From Candidatus Poribacteria bacterium (GTDB taxonomy: Bacteria > Poribacteria > WGA-4E > WGA-3G), in contig OZ240248.1 of the NCBI GenBank assembly GCA_965198235.1, positions 5,024,001-5,088,000 of the forward strand: 64,000 nucleotides of DNA, in the 5' to 3' direction. Position 1 is the stretch's first letter; every line of letters begins with the position of its first letter. Of the stretch, positions 59,345 through 64,000 are shown in pieces. The position numbers and the translations under genes were made by a program. The notes under the pieces were generated by a model. It worked only from the letters and a program-made list of their open reading frames with translations. It had not been told where the DNA came from and did not search any database.

Positions 59345-60453
59345 TCTTCGTCGCTTTTCAAAACGATCGCGTTTTCGGGGGTCCACTGCAGATAGACCGT
59401 ATCGCCGCGTTGGAAGCGATGTCCGTTTGTTCCACCAGTATTCTGTTGATGAACAATGAATGGAGTCGCGTAATCGGTTTGCACGGTGTATTGGAGTGTC
59501 GTGCCGAGGTAACTTTCGTCCTGAACCACACCGCGCAGGCAGTTCACATCATCAGAGGTAGGTGTCATCCGCAGATCAATGCGTTCCGGGCGGACCGCAA
59601 CGGTGACAGGCGTGCTCAGGGGTATAGTGTCGTTCGGTGTGCTGACAATCTTGAGCGGTAGCTCTGTTGTGAGTGCGATTTCATTCTCGCTAATAAGTGT
59701 CCCTTCAAGGAAGTTGGAGGTACCGATAAAGTCTGCGACAAAACGGCTCTGTGGCAAATCGTAGATTTCAGACGGCATTCCGACCTGGAGGATTTTACCA
59801 TCGTTCATCACCGCAATCCGATCAGACAGTACCAGTGCTTCCCCTTGGTCATGTGTGACATAGACGAACGTGATACCGACTTTGCGCTGCAGTGCCTTTA
59901 GTTCCGATTGCATCTGTTTTCGGAGTTTCAAGTCAAGTGCTGAGAGCGGTTCATCTAACAGCAGAATGGTAGGTTCGTTAATTAATGCACGCGCGAGTGC
60001 TACACGTTGCCTCTCGCCACCAGAGAGTTCACTCGGTTTCCGGTCGCTGTAACCCGGCAGCTGAATTAAATCTAATGAGCGTTCAACCGCGTCAGAGATT
60101 TCTGCTTTGGCTGCCTTTTTCATCTGTAGCCCAAATGCTATATTCTGTGCAACGGTTTTATGTGGGAACAACGCGTAATTTTGGAAGACGGTGTTAACTG
60201 GGCGACGATAGGGCGGCGTTTCTGCCATCAGTTTGCCGTTGATGAATACCTCCCCAGTGGTGGGATACACAAATCCCCCGATGATGCGGAGCGTTGTCGT
60301 TTTTCCACACCCGCTCGGTCCGAGCAAGGAAAAAAACTCGCCGCCTTCTATCTGTAAAGACACATCGTCAACTGCGACCGTGTCACCGAATTGCTTTGTT
60401 ACAGATGTGAGGGTGATTTGTCCTACAGACATGTATGAGTTGTCCTCTGGCAA
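59341..60453 (-). CDS. potA: Polyamine ABC transporter ATP-binding protein (PotA-like)
   Basis: GPSGCGKT, FQNYALFPH, LSGGERQR, DEPLSALD, TOBE domain. Confidence 0.85.
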   Translation of the reverse strand: MPEDNSYMSVGQITLTSVTKQFGDTVAVDDVSLQIEGGEFFSLLGPSGCGKTTTLRIIGGFVYPTTGEVFINGKLMAETPPYRRPVNTVFQNYALFPHKTVAQNIAFGLQMKKAAKAEISDAVERSLDLIQLPGYSDRKPSELSGGERQRVALARALINEPTILLLDEPLSALDLKLRKQMQSELKALQRKVGITFVYVTHDQGEALVLSDRIAVMNDGKILQVGMPSEIYDLPQSRFVADFIGTSNFLEGTLISENEIALTTELPLKIVSTPNDTIPLSTPVTVAVRPERIDLRMTPTSDDVNCLRGVVQDESYLGTTLQYTVQTDYATPFIVHQQNTGGTNGHRFQRGDTVYLQWTPENAIVLKSDED

Positions 60454-61712
60454 ACGACAATGTTTTCTTCGTGCATCGTTATAGAGGTCTCACCTGCAAC
60501 GTTGGTGGGGCTATTTTTCTTTGGCATTCGTTTGTTTGGTATATTCCTGACGATTGTCGCCTTATGTATAAATCCATGCTGGCGGAAGGCAGAGACGATA
60601 AATGCGTCCGTCGGCAACATGACCTCTTTGACTCGGCGATTCCCGACGACATAGCAAATCGTAGCATTCGGTGAAAGCACTTGCACTACTGAATTGATGC
60701 TACGTCCAAGGTCTATGTAAAATGCCGATACCTCCCGCGCACGCTTCTCATCAACAGATCTAATTTCTGCAATAGCCTCTGTTACCGGAGAATCCGTCAC
60801 CGTTTCTTTTGGAGGCTGTCCTCCCATTGCAAGTCCGTCAATTTTGCGAGCATTCGGTAAACCTATCCACTCTGCTGCAAGCCGCGAGAATTGTCCGTAT
60901 GCCACCGTAGTCTGTGAGTCTCCGTAGGGAGGTGATGTAATCACTAAGTCATAACCACCGATCGGTCGAGGCATCGGGAGTTCACCATGAACCGTATTCG
61001 CACTGGACACCGATGCTTCAACGCTTTTCTGTTTGTCAAGGAACGCTGCCAAGCCGTGCCGATTTCTGCTGAGTTTCTTACTGAAAGTGCCGAAGACATC
61101 TGGATTGAAATTCTCAAGTTTCTTCGCTGACATGCGATATAATTTAAACTCTCCATTCCGTGTATAGGAGACCTCACGAACCGTTTCCGAAAAGGCAACC
61201 AGAATAAAGTTTCGCACTGCTTCATCTTCCACTTTATTAATCCAAACCCGTAGATAAGCGAGAGATCTAATGACCTCTTCAGAGAACCAGTACATCAGGT
61301 TGAGAATTTCAGGAATCGGCGCGTCAGGCACCTTATCCATTCCAAAATCAACCTGAAAGAGGTGATCGTTTAACCTGCTTAGCGTTTCGTCTAAGGTAGA
61401 TAGACAAATAGGAGTCGATTTGGCAGTCGCTATAAGGCGCACGAGGGGGTTAATGTCACACCCAACGCTGTGCATGCCGAAGAGAGATGCCTCAACCAGA
61501 GATGTGCCGGTGCCACAATAAGGATCAAGGAGCCATCCGCCTTCTACGCCGTATCGCTTAAGGAGTTTCCGTGCGATTTGCGGGATCATCATAGCGGGAT
61601 AGGTGTGAAAGCAGTGGGTGTATTCTTTTGTATCAGCCGTTTGAAGATCCCATGTTTTGTCCCTATATTTCAGGTTTCCTGTGTGCATTTCTACAAGGAT
61701 CCCGTTAATCAA
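60423..61712 (-). CDS. Orphan DNA methyltransferase (alpha-class, SPPY, likely N4-cytosine)
   Basis: Motif I LDPYCGTGT precedes motif IV TSPPY; HTYPAMMIPQ. Confidence 0.85.
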   Translation of the reverse strand: MINGILVEMHTGNLKYRDKTWDLQTADTKEYTHCFHTYPAMMIPQIARKLLKRYGVEGGWLLDPYCGTGTSLVEASLFGMHSVGCDINPLVRLIATAKSTPICLSTLDETLSRLNDHLFQVDFGMDKVPDAPIPEILNLMYWFSEEVIRSLAYLRVWINKVEDEAVRNFILVAFSETVREVSYTRNGEFKLYRMSAKKLENFNPDVFGTFSKKLSRNRHGLAAFLDKQKSVEASVSSANTVHGELPMPRPIGGYDLVITSPPYGDSQTTVAYGQFSRLAAEWIGLPNARKIDGLAMGGQPPKETVTDSPVTEAIAEIRSVDEKRAREVSAFYIDLGRSINSVVQVLSPNATICYVVGNRRVKEVMLPTDAFIVSAFRQHGFIHKATIVRNIPNKRMPKKNSPTNVAGETSITMHEENIVVCQRTTHTCL

Positions 61713-63150
61713 TGGATAACACCCGCGTCAAAATTTGATTTACGAGTTGCGGATTTGCTTTGCCGCGAGTGGCACGCATTACCTGTCCTACAAGAAACCC
61801 GATCGCTTTCTTTGTGCCGTCACGGTAATCTTGAGCGGGACCGGGATTTTCTTCCACCACTTGCAAGACGATGCCTTCTATCTCGGAGGTGTCCGTAATT
61901 TGTGCCAATCCCTTTTCGGAAACAATCTGTTTCGGCATTTTACCCGTTTCAAAGGCATCGTCAAGTACAGATTTGGCAATTTTACCGCTGATGGTCGCAT
62001 CCCCAATTAACTGGATGAGTTCATTGAGGTGTGCGGGTGTGACCTTCGAGTCATGGATATCAATTTCTGCTGTGTTTAGGAGCCGCGTCAGATCTCCCAT
62101 AATCCAGTTTGCACAGGCGGTGGGTTCACCACTGAGTCGAGCGGCTTCGTCGAAGAATTCAGCGAGAGGTCGGGTGTTTGTCAGGAATTCTGCGTTTTCG
62201 GGCGAAATGTCGTAGTCCGAAATGAACCGTTTCCGGCGGGCAGCGGGGAGTTCGGGAAGCGTTGGCTGGATATTCTCAACCCATTCATCACTTACCTGGA
62301 CATGAACAAGGTCGGGTTCAGGGAAATAGCGATAGTCGTCAGCTTCTTCTTTACCTCGCATCGCGACGGTCTTGCCCGTGCTTGCGTCAAATAGGAGTGT
62401 CTCTTGGACGACCTCCTCGCCAGCATCTAAAATTCGAGCCTGCCGTTTCACCTCGTATTCCATCGCCTCGATCAACTCCTGGAACGAGTTTTTGTTCTTA
62501 ATCTCTGTGCGCGTTCCCAATTCTTTACTCCCTTTGAGGCGCAGGGAGAGGTTCGGTTCACATCGCAGGCTTCCCTCTTCCATGTTGCAGTCGCTAACTT
62601 CAATATACTCTAAAATTTCCTTAACTGCACGACAATAGGCGATGGCTTCCGCGGGAGAATGCAATTCTGGTTCGCTAACAATTTCAAGGAGTGGCACACC
62701 GGCACGATTGAAGTCCATGAAGCTCCGGGTTGGATCACCTGTGACTTCGGCGTGAATGGATTTCCCCGCGTCCTCTTCCAGATGAATTCTACGGAGGGCG
62801 ACGGTACGGAGTTCGCCCTCAAATTCAAACGTTACCTGTCCGTTTTGACACAACGGAATGTCATATTGTGAGATTTGGTAGTTCTTGGGCAGATCTGGAT
62901 AGAAATAGTTCTTCCGATCAAATTTACTGGAAGTCGTGATTTTACATTCCATCGCCAAGCCGGCACGAACCGCAAATTCAACAGCGCGTCTATTGACGAC
63001 CGGTAATGTTCCCGGCATCCCTAAACAGATTGGACACGTACAGTCATTCGCCGAAGCACCGAAGATATAGGCACAATTACAGAAAAGTTTGCTTTCTGTG
63101 CACAATTCGGCGTGGATTTCCAAACCGATAACTATTTCGTATTTTTCCAT
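61705..63150 (-). CDS. gatB: Asp-tRNA(Asn)/Glu-tRNA(Gln) amidotransferase subunit B
   Basis: IGLEIH, FDRKNYFYPDLPK, HLEEDAGK, DYRYFPEPDL motifs. Confidence 0.98.
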   Translation of the reverse strand: MEKYEIVIGLEIHAELCTESKLFCNCAYIFGASANDCTCPICLGMPGTLPVVNRRAVEFAVRAGLAMECKITTSSKFDRKNYFYPDLPKNYQISQYDIPLCQNGQVTFEFEGELRTVALRRIHLEEDAGKSIHAEVTGDPTRSFMDFNRAGVPLLEIVSEPELHSPAEAIAYCRAVKEILEYIEVSDCNMEEGSLRCEPNLSLRLKGSKELGTRTEIKNKNSFQELIEAMEYEVKRQARILDAGEEVVQETLLFDASTGKTVAMRGKEEADDYRYFPEPDLVHVQVSDEWVENIQPTLPELPAARRKRFISDYDISPENAEFLTNTRPLAEFFDEAARLSGEPTACANWIMGDLTRLLNTAEIDIHDSKVTPAHLNELIQLIGDATISGKIAKSVLDDAFETGKMPKQIVSEKGLAQITDTSEIEGIVLQVVEENPGPAQDYRDGTKKAIGFLVGQVMRATRGKANPQLVNQILTRVLSID

Positions 63151-63326
63151 TTTTTTAACAATTCACCAAGTGTTCGATAAGGCAAGTTTGGCATGAATGC
63201 CCCACGCCGTAAACCCGCAATGAATGTTGTTCATTGCTAAACGCTTTCGCTGGCTTTTTTAGCAATTCGCAAGGCGTTCGTTGGGGAGCATTGGGCATGA
63301 ACATAGGTCTCCGTATATCCAATTGG

Positions 63327-64000
63327 CTAACGTTTTGAAGACAATTCGTTAACGACGGTAACGTTCGCTTCCACTTCGCTCTCCGAGGTCATACCGATAG
63401 TCATGGCATGCACACATGGGAGTCCCATCACGAATTCGATTGCCTCGCGTTGACCCGTCGCGTCTTCCGCCAATTTTCCCTGTCCCAGCACTTTCATCCC
63501 ATAGATGCCTTTTCCCACGAATGCCATCTGTTCCATTGTGCGGATGACATCGGCAGGGGATGCGTCCATGTGAACGCCGGCGTAATTAATCCGAGCCAAG
63601 ACAACGTCAACCCATTCCGTCATCGCTGATGTTTGGAAGGCACCGTAATCGTGGCAGGATACGCCGTGTGCGCGAATCAATCCCTGCTCTTTGCAACGGG
63701 CGAGTGCTTCCATCGCATCTGGATACCGTTGTGGCCAGTCTACTTGTGTGAGACAGTGGAGTAGGACAATATCTACATAGTCAGAGCCTATTTCCCTGAG
63801 AAATCGCTTTACATCTGCTTCTACGGTCTCTCGCGTTCGGGATGTCGTCTTTGTGGTGATAGTGACACTCTCACGCGCTACCTCTTTAAGTGCTGCTTTA
63901 ACATGCGGGTGACTTCCGTACTGATCTGCGGAATCCCAAAACGTTACGCCCTTTCCGTGTGAGAACAACAGTAAATCACGTAAAGCTTCAAATCCCAAAT
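63327..64000 (-). CDS. Aldo/keto reductase, 5' truncated by the window edge
   Basis: DSADQYG, ITTK, DYVDIVLLH, GVSCH, MKVLGQG motifs. Confidence 0.88.
   Translation of the reverse strand, partial: LGFEALRDLLLFSHGKGVTFWDSADQYGSHPHVKAALKEVARESVTITTKTTSRTRETVEADVKRFLREIGSDYVDIVLLHCLTQVDWPQRYPDAMEALARCKEQGLIRAHGVSCHDYGAFQTSAMTEWVDVVLARINYAGVHMDASPADVIRTMEQMAFVGKGIYGMKVLGQGKLAEDATGQREAIEFVMGLPCVHAMTIGMTSESEVEANVTVVNELSSKR

Overview
Bacterial chromosome segment, about 46-50% GC by eye. It is probably Candidatus Poribacteria or a close relative, inferred from multiple secreted LamG/TolB-like proteins ending in an AVxP...TTWGxIK tail, a membrane-anchored ECF sigma factor and dense palindromic intergenic repeats. 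Housekeeping content: polA, trpS, mqnE/mqnA, fur, iscU-like/iscA, glucokinase/galK, rsmG-mnmG, recR-ybaB-dnaX-large SRP RNA, six tRNAs with tadA, gatB, and a partner-switching signalling cluster. The main discovery is a ~12 kb accessory locus (13.5-25.5 kb). It holds two genes homologous to animal selenoprotein N (SELENON/SEPN1), each split in the ORF track by an in-frame TGA in a D-E-S-C-[TGA] motif. Each TGA is followed, at the same +18 offset, by a bacterial SECIS-like hairpin. Both proteins share a C-terminal domain with the extracytoplasmic part of the adjacent membrane-anchored ECF sigma factor. Five copies of an ECF-type promoter motif (GCAAC-N17-GCGTCA) sit in the locus. Other findings: short palindromic repeats inserted in frame inside unrelated genes, a hidden gene remnant carrying the same C-terminal tail, and a SprA-like large outer-membrane protein. 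All homology calls come from motif recognition by eye, not database searches.
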